This document shows positions 1 to 12,892 of a stretch of 64,000 nt of DNA, piece after piece (position 1 is the first letter of the stretch; the number at the start of each line of letters is the position of its first letter). Both the position numbers and the translations under genes were made by a program. Source of the stretch: Microthyrium microscopicum (taxonomy: Eukaryota); NCBI GenBank assembly GCA_010405405.1, contig MU004230.1:1832627-1896626 (forward strand), given 5' to 3'. The notes beneath the pieces are model-generated. The model was not told the DNA's origin and made no database searches. It saw nothing but the letters and a program-made list of their open reading frames with translations.

Positions 1-3000
1 TCCTTGTGAGCTGCGTAGAAGTCTTCTTCCGTCACAGTCACCGAAGTATCCTCCTCGGTTGCGAAATGATCGAAGAATTGAGCAATGGTAAGTGGGCTTT
101 GGCCAGGTCGAAGGTTGGCATTACGTTGTGCAACTTTGCCATCAACTTGCTCAGCGGCGCGCGTTATGGCCTTGAGCATAGCATCAGAGCAAAGAGCATA
201 TAGATCGGCACCTGTGAATGTGAACGGTAAAGTAGCAGAAACTCTTTGTAGAGAACAGCTTGGATGGATGGAGAATCTAGACAAGTTAGTGTTTCATAAC
301 GTCAGGCGGAAATTGGGTACATACTTTCGAGTCAGAGCCTCCATAATCTTGAGCTGCTTGTCGTGAGTGTCACTGATACCCAGGTATAGCATCTTGTCGA
401 ATCGCCCAGGACGTAGCAATGCCTGATCAAGCAAATCTGGTCGGTTGGTAGCTCCAATCACAAACACTCCTCCACCGCCCTCTTCGCCATTACTCATTCC
501 GTCCAATTCAGCGAGCAACTGACTGACAATTCGATCCATGACACCACCACTATCGCCTTGATTACCACGTTTGGGCGCAACAGAGTCCAGTTCATCAAAG
601 AATACCACACAGGGTCGAGCATCTCTAGCACGCTGGAAGACTCTTCGAACATTGGCTTCTGATTCACCAATGTACATGTTGAGTAGTTCTGGCCCTTTGA
701 CGGAAAAGAAATTGAGTGAGAATTCTGTAGCAATAGCCTTTGCGAGCAGGGTCTTTCCAGTTCCGGGAGGTCCGTAGAAGAGAATACCACTTCGTTTCTT
801 CATGCCCTTGGCGAAAAGTTCTGGACGAGCCAAAGGAAGCTGAATGGTCTCTATGACTGCTTCTTTGACGTGTGAAAGACCACCAACATCGTCCCATCCA
901 ACATTTGGAATCTTCGGAGCTCCAATGGCGTCTGCAAAGTTCTTTCGAGCGGCATCGACAGCACTTTCCAAGTCTCCTTTCGTTACGCAAAGACTAGATG
1001 AGCCACCTGCAATCTCCAAGTCACGAATAGACAATTGCATGTCAGGTGCGGACGAGTTCGCGCCTTTGATAATTTTCTCCAGGCGAGTCTGTTTGGCAGC
1101 CGATGCACGGCTCACAACATCAAGCAAGTCGCCAGCTACAAGTGCTGCAGTCTTCAGCGCGACGGATGATAATTCGGCATCAGGAGCAAGTTTGACGCCA
1201 AGGCTGTCCACAATGTCCTTAAGAATACCTTCTCTTTCACCCTCATCTGGGGCTCCAAGTTCCAATTCATTGTTGAAGAATGCTCGAATATTATCCGGTA
1301 TTTTCTCAACGTCCGTAGTCGTTGCGATGACAACTCGAGATTCTGCCAAAATATCTTTGAACACTGCGAGCATGCGATCTCCAGAAAGGGCATCCATGTG
1401 CTTGAACAGTAAGACTGTGTTCTGAGATCCACAAGTCAGAGCACGCTGAGCTCGTTGCTTAACAAACTCTTCAGTCTCGCTTGTTCCAGCTGAGTTGTTC
1501 GTAGTTGCGTCGTAGGCATCGATTACACAGCAATGCAGGCCTAGATCTTCACATGCCATCTGCGCTGTGTATGCCTTTCCAATCTGTCGTTGCGTGGAAG
1601 TCAGCAGTATAGTGACAGGCGGGAGGCCTACGTGAATAGCCTGTGGGCTTGTTGCCGCCAGCATCAAACTCCGTAGTCTTCGTCGCATTGGAGAAATGAA
1701 CGATTCCGGAAGAGGTGCAATGGCAGCCATGCGTGAAACATTGGACGATGGTATTCGCTTGACGCCTTGGTAATATGGCCATGAGCTGTCTTGCGCAGGT
1801 GGTAGTCGAGCCATCTCGTTCCCGTTCTGCATTAATTTGGTTGAGGAAGAGCTAGAAGAAACGTCGACAAAAGCAACACCTCCCCACACATCGTCTGCCT
1901 GCTCATCAGCTGGGCTGTCTGGAGATACACTAGCAACTTTGAACCAGACAACGCTCGTGCTGTTACTGCTCTGTGAGCTATGATTGGCTTGACCACGCTT
2001 CGATTTGAACAAAAGGTCGCTGTGAGTTGCGTCCGAGCCACTTTGAAACATTGAGCGCCCAAGAATCTCATCGAATGATATAGCCACCAGATCACCAGTC
2101 TTTAAAATCCTCTTTTTACCCTCAAAGTAGTCTTTCAGCTCAGCGTAGAGGATAGGTTGGAGTTGTAGATCTTGAGACAACGGAGTCAAAACTTTAAGAA
2201 TCTTGACCTCATTCGCAATCGGAGGCATAGAAGAGCTAGTCACGCGCCCTTTGTGGGATGATGTTGGGAGTTTGGATGTGTTCTGGGTTTGTGATGATGG
2301 TGGTGATATGCGTAGATGCGATGTATTTTCAAGATTCGCCAATAGAACCGGAGGCACGTAAGCTGTAGGAGTTGGGCCTGATCGATCAAAATGCCAATGC
2401 GCTTTTCGGCCTCCAGACTTTTGAGTCACAACGCGATTGGCTTTCTTGACCTCGGGAAGTCCAAAGATCTTGGCTGGGCGCCATTCGCTTTGTTCTTCTG
2501 CGCCGTCTTCGAAAGAGTGGTTAGCCCAGGGAATGAGTCCAATGCTATGATCTTGCGGCGGCGGAGAAACCTCGATCTTGACCCAGTCACCAGAAAAGCA
2601 ACCGATTTTGACGAGGGCTGACGTATCTACGAAAATCCTCGCTTCTTCGTCATCTTCTGCTGCCGGTTTAGGATGAAGCATATCATCAGGAATTTGTTGT
2701 AGTAGCCCTTGTGCTTTGAACACTTTTCCTTTACCAGAACTGGCCCGGACAGTACTTGAAGAGAAGCCAGAATGAATCGAACCAGGAGTTCCAATGTTAT
2801 TAGTATAAAATCCGCCAGGACGTGGAGTTGCTGCATTATATGATGACAAAATTCCAGAAGTTTGTGGAGGCAGGAGTGGTGCGGAGAGCGAGATCATCTC
2901 TTCAGAGTCATCTGACAAATCGTCATTGTCAGTGTTGATAGACTGAGCGTCCGAAAAGTCCGTAGACGAAGGCTCATCTTCCTGCGCAGATGACATAGTG

Positions 3001-3979
3001 GAGTGTCGTTCTTCTGCTGCAGAATAGAATTGCTCGTTCGAGGTGTCTTCATCCTCCTCAGGGATACCATTGGCAATTGGTGGCCCTGCTTGCCTAGGGC
3101 CATTATGTCGGTTATGATGAGATCTTATTATGACTATTTTGGTCGATGGTGATAACAAGCCTTGAGAAACCGGTTCGCAACTCGAAATCCTTGCGGGTGG
3201 AGGAGGTGTATGACTTATAGGATGTGCGGCTAAAGGAAGTGGTATTTGGTCGCCGGACCGGATGATCTTTGGAGACTTGAGAGATTCTTTCACAGCCTGT
3301 CTCCACGCTGCTTCTAGTGCTCGTTCGTCTAGCTTTATCTTCGGTTTCGATTGTCCAGTGACGCCATTCAGCGCCTTGTGCTTCAATGGGGCATCTTTCC
3401 CTGGTTCAGACACAAAACCGCCGCCGAATCTGACATGGCTTTCCTGAAGCTTAAGTAGAGCTTCCGCGTCTAAATTGACATATATGGTATCTAGGTGCAA
3501 AGGTACTATATCTAGCACTCTGATCTCGATTGGGGTATCTTTCCGCAACAATGCCTTTCCCGGTGACACGTGTTGTAATGTTTTGTAAAAGGATTGGAGG
3601 GCAAGAGAGAAGGTAGGTAACCGCACGGAAGAATGCGCCGGTTTATTGGTATTATCAGGAGGCGAAACGACTCGGACTGGGATGATTGTCCATGTAGAGT
3701 TCGATACGGACAGCACTTGGGAATTCGGTACCCAGGGAGTGATGGCAATGTGTTGTATCGAGTCTTTTGGTATGGGTGCTAAGTACACGTCAGATACTAC
3801 CCACTTGCGCTCCAGAAAAGCTCACATTTGGATTTTGTGGCCTTGAAGAGATCATTGTAAAGATCTTCAGAAATTAAGCCAACGTCCTCTCGGATGCGCT
3901 CATCAAGAAGAAGGTTCGCAGAGATCGGTATCTTGTCCAGTCGCCTTCGCCGCCTCCGTCTCGACTGCACCGGATCCAT
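1..3979 (-). CDS. PEX6: Peroxisomal AAA+ ATPase Pex6 (3' end beyond window)
   Basis: 1164-aa ORF with the D2 AAA motifs GPPGTGKT, VFFDELDS and IGATNRPDLLD, plus IGAPKIPNVGWDDVGG. Proposed ATG at 3979 (MDPVQSRRRR). Introns 3779-3825 and 277-324 restore the frame into ...FTGADLYALCSDAMLKAI, which continues past base 1. Confidence 0.95.
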
Positions 3980-4713
3980 GACACTCTCTGGCAAGGTAAG
4001 GTACTAGTGATTCAGAGCATGTCACTATCCGAGTCTTAAAAGAAGGTTCGCTAGCAGTACAGGTTCATAATGGGTCGTGAATGAATGGAGAAGGCGTTTT
4101 GGCGCAAGATGCCAAGTAACGAAGATCAATTACTTGCACGACTAACAGCAGCTAACACAGGGACCTGGAAAAATTGAGACCTGGACCCGATGCCCTCTAC
4201 CCAAGTGCAAAAACTGAAGTCGCTAAGCGCAATAATAATATCAAATACTTAGAGCAGAGGACTTGACAAGGCACGTGAAGGATCCGACTCCAGCACAGTC
4301 CCATGCCCGAAGAGCACAGCCGAGGAAGCGACATCCGACTGGAATTGGCCTTGTTGCCTGAGCGCCTTCATGCCTCAGCCTTATTGACTGTCAATACCAA
4401 GAAAACCACGAAGTAATCGCTGTTTAGAATGGACGGCTCGCTGCGTAGCAGCTACATTTTTCGTCGAGATGCAAACATGTTACGCCAGCTCCCAAGCAGG
4501 CTATTTTAGGTACCCAGTGTGGGACACCATGGACCGTGCTGTGTTCGAGGTGAACCATCCTTATTCGTTTGGAACTTAATTGCATACATTTGACGAAAGC
4601 GGTTTATCTGACCATACTCCTTACAGCAAATCAAAAAGTCAACAGTATTAATCAAAACGCCGACTCCTCCTTCCATGCCAAGCTTACTGATGCCTAAAGC
4701 TTGAAGCCGCTCT

Positions 4714-6439
4714 CTAAGCTCCAAGACCTTGACCTTCCTCGAGCTTTTGAGCTCCATACTTCTTGAGTCGGATAGCATTGATGTTGATGAATCCACCTGT
4801 CAAATATTAGCAAGTATGGTCAAATCAATGCATTGAGACATACTGGTATCAGTGGGGCTGAAATCAATCAAGCTGTCCATGGAGGACTCCTCCTCAGAGT
4901 ACAGCTTCTCGGTTTCGGAAGATCGTCCAGTAATGAAGGTATTCCCCTTGTACAGTCGTAGGCGGACTTCACCGTTCTAGAAATTGTTAGTAAAGCCACA
5001 ACGGTACAGCAGTTGGTAAATAGTACGTACCACTCGCTTTTGAGAGAAGATGACGGAATTCTCAACGAATTCGCGCTCGGGAGAGAAGTACCTGATTCAA
5101 TCAGTATCAGATGTTGAGAGATGTCCTTTGACAAAAAACTCACAATCCATTGTAGAGAATCTCCGACCAGGCGTGGGTCACAAACTGATCACGGAGAGAA
5201 CGGACTTTGCCGTCAAGAACCAGACCTTCTAGATCCAAGTGGGCTGCTCGAAGCTAAGAAATGTTAGCCGAAATTATGAAAAATAAGGAACGCAAAGTAA
5301 AACCCACAATTGTCATAGCAGGAGAGTCATAGCATCCTCGTGACTTGATACCGATGAATCGATTCTCGACAATATCAATTCGGCCAACACCATGTTTTTT
5401 GCCGATGGCATTCAAGGCAATGAAAAGGTCGAGGCTGTCGGTGATGTCTTTGCCATCAGCAGTCAGCTTGACTGGGATTCCCTTCTCGAATTGAATAGCG
5501 ATATCCTGTGGGGTGTTTGGAGCAGTAATGGGATCGTCAGTACTGTTTCTCGGATTAGTACATACATTCCAGGTACCACAAGTTGACAAATGGGGTTGTA
5601 TACCGAGTCCACATATCTGTTGGTGGTGGTTGAGAAGGATCCTCGAGCTGTCCGCTCTCATAGCTGCAATGAGCAATGTTGTCATCCATAGAATAAGGTT
5701 TAGCCTTGGTGGATGTGACTGGAATGCCAGATTTTGCAGCGTAGTCGAGCAAGTCGTTACGGCCCTGGAATCTCTCGAAGAACTCCTTCATTCGCCATGG
5801 AGCAATGACCTTGATCTTTGGGTCGATGGTGAGGAATGCCAATTCAAAACGAACTTGATCTGTAATTCGTTAGGCTTCTTTTCATTTCGCTGGCGAGCTT
5901 TAATTTTTACCGTTTCCTTTGCCAGTGCAACCGTGGCTAACGTATTGGCCTATATTATCATTAGCGACTGTTTCCCCAGCGAAGTATGATTCGACTTACA
6001 GCCTTCTTCAGCAGCAACTTTCATTTGTGCTCGAGCAATGACTGGACGAGCGAGACTTGTTCCGAGCAAGTATGTACCCTCATATTGAGCATTACATTGC
6101 ACCGCACGGAAACAAAGCTCCTCGACAAATTCCTTGCGGAGATCTGTGATGACCATCTTCAAAGCTCCTAATAAAGAGTTAATACAATAACAAACATACA
6201 GAGCGGTGAGTCATGTACGCACCAATCTTGGCCGCTTTGGAACGAACTTGGTCCCAGTCTTCTTCCTATGTTTTTGTTAGCTGAAGACTTCGGCAAAATT
6301 GGCTGAGATCAAAATCTACCTGACCAACGTCAGCTAAGAAGCATACGACCTCATAGCCACTGTCAATCAACCATCGGAGGATGGTTGAAGTGTCGAGACC
6401 TCCAGAATATGCGAGACAAACTTTTCCTTTCGATGACAT
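4714..6439 (-). CDS. ARG1: Argininosuccinate synthase, 10 exons
   Basis: The spliced product begins [18 protein letters not shown] and contains [18 protein letters not shown] and [19 protein letters not shown]. It ends [14 protein letters not shown]...GLGA*. Nine GT-AG introns: 6266-6319, 6168-6222, 5950-5999, 5860-5910, 5543-5603, 5254-5307, 5092-5143, 4977-5030, 4797-4843. Confidence 0.96.
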
Positions 6440-8491
6440 ATTTGAGGATGAGAATGTGGTTGTAGGTGCAATTGACTAGGAAATCGGAAGCAGTACTTGT
6501 TATATACGACTTCAGTGCCTGGTGATGATGAAGAATATTTTTTAATTTTTGAAGTCGGCCTGGCAAGGCTGGTGGCGGCTGAAGAGGATCAAAGCCTTCT
6601 GATTGGCTGGCCGCAGAACCCCCCTCCACTCCCTTTCAGGGCTTGTAAAACCGCGAACATCAGATCCCAAGAATTTTTTTGCACGCTAGCAGGTAAAATT
6701 GACGTTCTGCAAGCTCGCCATTGTACAGCCAACGTGCGGTTGTCAATGGACTACACAACTACTTCTAGGCTTTGGTTGAGGCAGTGTGCCTACTGCTTCA
6801 CTCCTGACTCCTTCTCTCGCTTCAGAGCAGCAGGAACTACATGGATCCCACACGGGCACGGAGGAAGAATCTCCGTTCACTTCGCGAATTTGTTGGAATG
6901 ATTGAATCGTCATTTGAAGAAAAGATACGAAACAACTTGGTAAACGATGTTATATGAGCTAAGATGTACGCGCTATATCTCCTGCTCTCACATCGAGTCT
7001 GCCCGAGAGCCATGACAACAGCTTTACAGCGGGTCTGTATCATCAAAAAGTGAAGGTTTTCGGTGCGCATAACAGCATACGCATAACAATCTCTTTTCCA
7101 AGGGTATTAGGCCTCATTTGGCATTGGCACTCAGAAGTAACGAACACTATCGGTGCTGTCATAACTGTTATGCAGTACGGTATATCTGTCGTAAGCAGCA
7201 CACACGGCAACTATCGTCGTCCATTCGAATGTTGAATGAAGAGAGAACAAAAGTATTTATTCAGACTCGATACTTGGGAACACGAACCATTGCATAACCT
7301 TTGGTACTCAACCAATTGACCATTTGAGCATAGTCAAGAACATATGTCTTGCGGCAAACGTATCGAGGGATTGGATGTGTAGAAAGATAGGGACCCCGAA
7401 AACATCATCCTTATACGTCACTTGGGCTCTCGCAGATGAGTTCATGTAGCTTGAGTTTGATACACTACTTTGGAGAGAAGAGAGTAATTCATGTCAAAGA
7501 CGTGATACTGAATAATGTTGTGACATATAGGGCCGTGATTGCAAGAGAGTCCAACCCCAGCCATATTAAAAGCAATAATATTGCAGCTTTGCTGACTCGT
7601 CCGCAATCTTTATGGAGCTTTTCAAGGTGGACCAGAATTCAGTTCTCTCTTCCCCAGTGTGTCCATAGGATCTGTCTAACCGAAATTTACCGTTACGGCC
7701 TCAGTCAAATGGGGCATTTGATCACTTCATCATCAGTCTTCCCAAGCCGTCTTCCATTATCTAGATTTCAGCTTCAGCACTATATCATAAAAGCTTACAT
7801 CACTGCGACTTTTTAGATCCAAATCGTTCTATTCCGATTACTTAGTTATTGGAAAAGAATATTTTTACCAGTATTCCTCCGTAACTCACAAGTGTTGCAA
7901 GTGACTAAGGACGTTTCGGCCGTTCAGAAGATGGGCAAGGACTGAGCACGAATTGCCTGCCATATTGTGCTAGGCTTTGATCCGAACTACATGGCATACG
8001 ATGAATAGCATACCTATTCCCAGTCTATTTTATTGATAGCCCTAGCCGTTGCCGAGCGCACGTTCAGGTGCGGACAAGACTACGCGATTCTGACTTTATT
8101 CCAGCTAATGGCTTTTCTACTTATAGTAATGTACCCAATATTTGAGATTTAATTACAATCACGATGGCGATATAATACCTTCCTATACGACGAGTACATT
8201 GTATAGCACTAACAGGATCTGTTAGCCAATATTGGTACTAAGCTAGGTTTGGAGGATTGGAAACTCCAGCCTCATAGGTGCGTTCATCTCTGTCCGATGA
8301 CTGCATATGATTTTACCCGTGTTTCTGGCCAATTAAGGCCGTTGGCCTATAAATCATTGATAACGTCTGGGTCATATGTAAATATGTCGGTTCATACTTG
8401 GATTGCATTGGAGGGAAGGTGAAATGTAATAAATTCCCCAACAGCGAATGAGGCATGCGTTTGTAGCAGTGTCGGTCCTCACTTCATAGCA

Positions 8492-10760
8492 ATGTTTGAC
8501 ATGTCCATCCGCTCGCTAGTGTTCTCGTTGCTACTTTTATCTCAAGTTTCTTCGATCTGGTGCGCACCCTGGGCGAGTGAAGGGATCCCAAGACCACGAC
8601 ATGAGAAGCGACAGTTTTTCGACGCCATAGGCAGCTTGGCAACAACTTTCAATCGCGATGCGACCTACGATTATGTCGTAGTCGGAGCCGGCACGGCTGG
8701 CCTGACCATTGCAGCTCGTCTTGCAGAGCAGAAAAATATAACGGTAGCTGTCATTGAAGCTGGTACATTCTATCAAGTTTCCAACATTCTGATTGACAGC
8801 ACACCTGGAGGCGATGTACTGTTTGTCGGTGCTTATTGGGGGTAAGAGTGTTTTTCGGAATTGTCTTCAATCCCTACAACTTTGGTATCTCAAAAAGCTA
8901 CAGTCGAAAATTTGACGTATCGAAAAGCTGGTCTTTTGTCGAGCTTCAAAGTCGTCTCAAGTCATGACTAACACTTTTTCCAGTGATAATCCCATCAAGA
9001 ACAATGCCTTTGTTGACTGGAAGTTCATAACCACACCACAAAAAGGTGCGAATAATCGCTTGATCCACTATGCCAGAGGAAAGTGTTTAGGTGGATCGTA
9101 AGTACAGTTCAATTCTCAAGTGTTTTGATACTAACATAGTAGATCTGCCCGTAACTTCATGATTTGGCAAAGGTGAGTAAAATATGTCCATCAATGAGAG
9201 TAGACTGACGATATAGGCCTACCAAGCAATCACTTGATGAATGGGTGAAATTGACCGGAGATGATAGTTACTCATGGGACAAGTTTCTACCGTACTATCA
9301 GAAGAGCACCACATATACAGGCCCAAACATGAAGAAACGAGCAAAGAATTCAACTACTACAGCTCAAGTTGGGGATTACGGTGCAAACAATGGGCCACTG
9401 CCAGTTAGTCATGCCAACTATGCTGCCCCCTTCTCATCCTGGATGGAAGCGGCTTTACGTGAGATGGGTATGCCACAAGCTGATAGCTTTACTGCTGGAA
9501 AACTGGAAGGCTCTACCTACTGTGCTTCTACCATTGACCCAAACAACATGAGCCGGACAACGTCACAGACATCCTTCTACAACTACGCATCGAATAAATC
9601 ACTGCCCATGACGGTTTACAGTCTGTCGCAAGCAAAGAAGATTATTTTTGATGCTGATAAAAAGGCTACTGGTGTCATTGTTGAAGGACGCGGAAATACT
9701 TATACACTCAAGGCAAGAAAAGAAGTTATCGTATCCGGTGGAGCTTTCCATACTCCTCAGTTATTGATGGTGTCTGGAATTGGTCCGGCGGAGACACTGA
9801 AGAAGTATAACATTCCAGTAATCAAAGAGGCTCCAGGAGTAGGCCAGAACATGCAAGATCATGTCTTCTTTGGGCCTTCATATCGAGTGAAAGTCGACAC
9901 CTTGACCAAGCTTGCCAATGTAAGTTTGTGGAGTTCGCTATGGTTCGTTATATTTACCATGAAACAGAGTGTTCCGTCTGTTATCGCAAGCTACTTGACC
10001 GAGTACACCTTCCGTGCAGAAGGTGTCCTAACAAACCCCGTGGCCGATTACCTTGGGTGGGAAAAGGTCCCTGAAAAGCTACGTAGCAAAATGCCCCAAG
10101 CAGTTCAGAAGGAACTTAAGGAAAGATTTCCACCAGATTGGCCTGAGCTTGAAGTCAGTTCCCTGGTACCAGACGATGTATAAATGACAACTCACTAACG
10201 TGAAGTAGTATCTTTCTGCTCCTGGTTACATTGGAGACTTCCAAGACTTGTTCCAAGGGCAGCCAGGCGACGGGTTCCAATATGCGACAATTCTCGCAGC
10301 GCTTGTAGCTCCAACTTCTCGCGGCACTGTCACAATCTCCTCCAACAATACCAACGATCTTCCCGTCATCGATCCAAACTGGATTACAACCCAGACTGAC
10401 GAGCAAGTTGCCATCGCAGCTTTCAAGCGCGCTCGTGAAGCTTTCCAGACCAAAGTCATGGGCGGAGTCCTCGTCGATACGAAAGAGTATTATCCTGGCG
10501 ATGACACCCAAACGGATGAGCAAATTCTTCAGAACATCAGGAAAAGCGTTATGACTGTTTGGCATGCATCCTGCACCGCAAAGATGGGCAAGGATGATGA
10601 CCCCATGGCAGTTATAGATTCCAACGCAAGAGTATACGGAGTAAAGGGCCTAAGAGTGGTAGATGCAAGTTCATTTGCGATCTTACCTCCAGGACATCCA
10701 CAAAGCACTGTATACGCATTAGCAGAAAAGATTGCTGACGACATCAAAAAGGGGAACTAG
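8492..10760 (+). CDS. Secreted GMC oxidoreductase (CAZy AA3_2-type)
   Basis: Signal peptide followed by a Kex2-like KR site. FAD-binding motif DYVVVGAGTAG, plus ARGKCLGGS and EVIVSGGAFHTPQLLMVSGIG. C-terminal catalytic His/His pair in VWHASCT and PPGHPQSTVY. Five introns. Confidence 0.92.
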
Positions 10761-11327
10761 AATAAAGATCTTTAGCCTGTTGGAAAATGTCAATAAAGCA
10801 CTTTTTCTGTCCAAGTCACCGTCTCTCTGATATTACTCAAAATTTTGAAAACGTCTTCCGTTACGACCCAACTTATTTGTAGCACGTAAAGCAGGTATCA
10901 ACGCTTTGGTGGCTATCATTTTCTTGAGTAGAGGTCCGTAAGCTTCTGCCCTGGAAATAATGAGAATGATTTAAGCCACTGCCCCGACCGCCTTGGTTCC
11001 CATAAGGTACCTCTCAGGGGCTTGAATAGGTAGGTACTGAAGCTAGTCTGTTAGAGTACCACAAGTTGAGCCGACATCTGACAATGCGATTGCACACACG
11101 ATATCTCAAGCTAGCAGTAGCGACTACACGCGATGTGAAGTTCAAAAGCGTGGTCTACGTGGAGAACTACTCTATAGCTTTCTGATCGGCCCCACAAGAA
11201 CTTTGCAGATCTAGAATAACTTTCTCAAATAGCCGTCGGCGCCAGCTTCCAAAGAGAGAGAAAGTTGTCACAGCTTCATCAAGTCCTTCGTACGCATGTC
11301 TTGTATCAATTGTATCCCTCTCATAAG

Positions 11328-12892
11328 ATGTCGACAGCTTCGCTAGGCAGCTCCTTTTTAACACCTTCAAATTTGAGCCCTTTGGATATTACTGCAAACA
11401 AAATTATACTGGCCCTGTTATTCCCAGCTTGGTTCTGTGTTCTTTTGCGCCTTTACATCAGATGGAAATATGCGAAATTTGGGCTCGATGTAAGCTATCT
11501 ATATCCAATATGCTCCAGTTCAACAGTGTTCATTCTCGGCACGTTGACCAGTAATACGTTGATTAAACTCGTCGTCTAAGATGCTCTCACTAACCAGGTC
11601 AAAGGATTACCTTATGGTGGCAGCAGTAGTAATTTACCTGACCGATGGGATTTTCCCAGGATATCACTGATCCTCTTTCAGTGCGCTTATACAGCGACCA
11701 CAGGTTGTATGATACAACTCGTGTACCTCATATTGAGCGGGAGGGCATTAACGAAATTCCAATCGCTCTCCGACGTGAGTGTACTCCAATGCCCATTTAC
11801 AAGCAGTATGGACTGCTCACGTTGAAAGTTCTACTGCGTAGGATCTATTCTAGTTTTCCTCACTGTTTTGCTAGTGAAGCTCGCTCTAGGGGTGTTCTTT
11901 CTCCGAGTAAGTCAAATTCTCTAGACGTTCCCCAGCCTTCCACCTGCTACTACAGAGGTGCCCTCGCAGACATCATAATTGATATTCAAAGCTCTTGATC
12001 CAAAAATGGTCGCGTGCGGTGGTATACATGACCATGATACTCTCGACAGTTGTGTGCCTCACCGCTGTACTTGTGTCGTTCATAACATGTGGCAGTCCGC
12101 GCCACGCAGTCTACTTTACTTTTACTGGAATCTGTAAAGGCCGACCACACATTTCCAGAATAGCCTTCTCATGGTTCATAATTTTCTTGCCTTCTTACGT
12201 CAACTTGGCTGTAGACGTTGTGTTATCAATACTCCCGATTCCGATGTTACTGCAAACCACGCTTGATCGCAGGCAAAAAATCACTGTCAGCCTGTTTCTC
12301 GGATTTTCAACCATGTAAGTTGTCTTTATGCGCATGTCTGTGTTTTCTCGATGATTAACTGTTTGAATTAGAGGCTGCGTGTCCTCGGTTCTGAAAGTAA
12401 TCAATGTGGAGAAGCGAAATTTTACGTCAACGTCTATCGGTATGCTTTCTCAATCGTTGTATGGTATGATGGTGGCTCCTCTAACACTAAACAGGTGACT
12501 TGTCAAAAACACTGACCCTATTCATTGTGTATACTAGCCTCGAGATATTTGCATACATCGTCGGAGGATGTTTGGCCACTTATAGACCACTCCTCAACAT
12601 TTGGGCTCGAAAGATTGGCCGGCACTATGGTACAGCAAGATCTCACTACAGGACCGACTCCTCGAATCTACATTCAACAATTGGTAGTCCAAAATCCCGT
12701 AGCACCTGCAACACAGACAAACCGGGTCCAGACAGCCCTGGACGATGGCGTGCAAATTCATTGCAGACTGATGAGCCAAAGCCGCCTCAAGAAGGAAATG
12801 ATGAAGAATTCGATAGGTTTATCAATGCGAATCAGCATACGAGGCGTCTGACACTAGAGAGGCTAGATCAAAATGAAGATGATATGGTGTAA
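11328..12892 (+). CDS. PTH11-like (non-CFEM) fungal integral membrane protein
   Basis: The spliced product shows the family motifs LRLYIR...FGLDDYLM, VKLALGVFFLR, NLAVDVVLSILPIP and SLEIFAYIVGGCLATYRPL. About 7 hydrophobic helices and 6 introns. Confidence 0.8.

Noticed and set aside
8492..12892. GMC oxidoreductase plus PTH11-like gene as a secondary-metabolite cluster
   Set aside because: There is no PKS, NRPS, terpene synthase or other backbone gene in the window.
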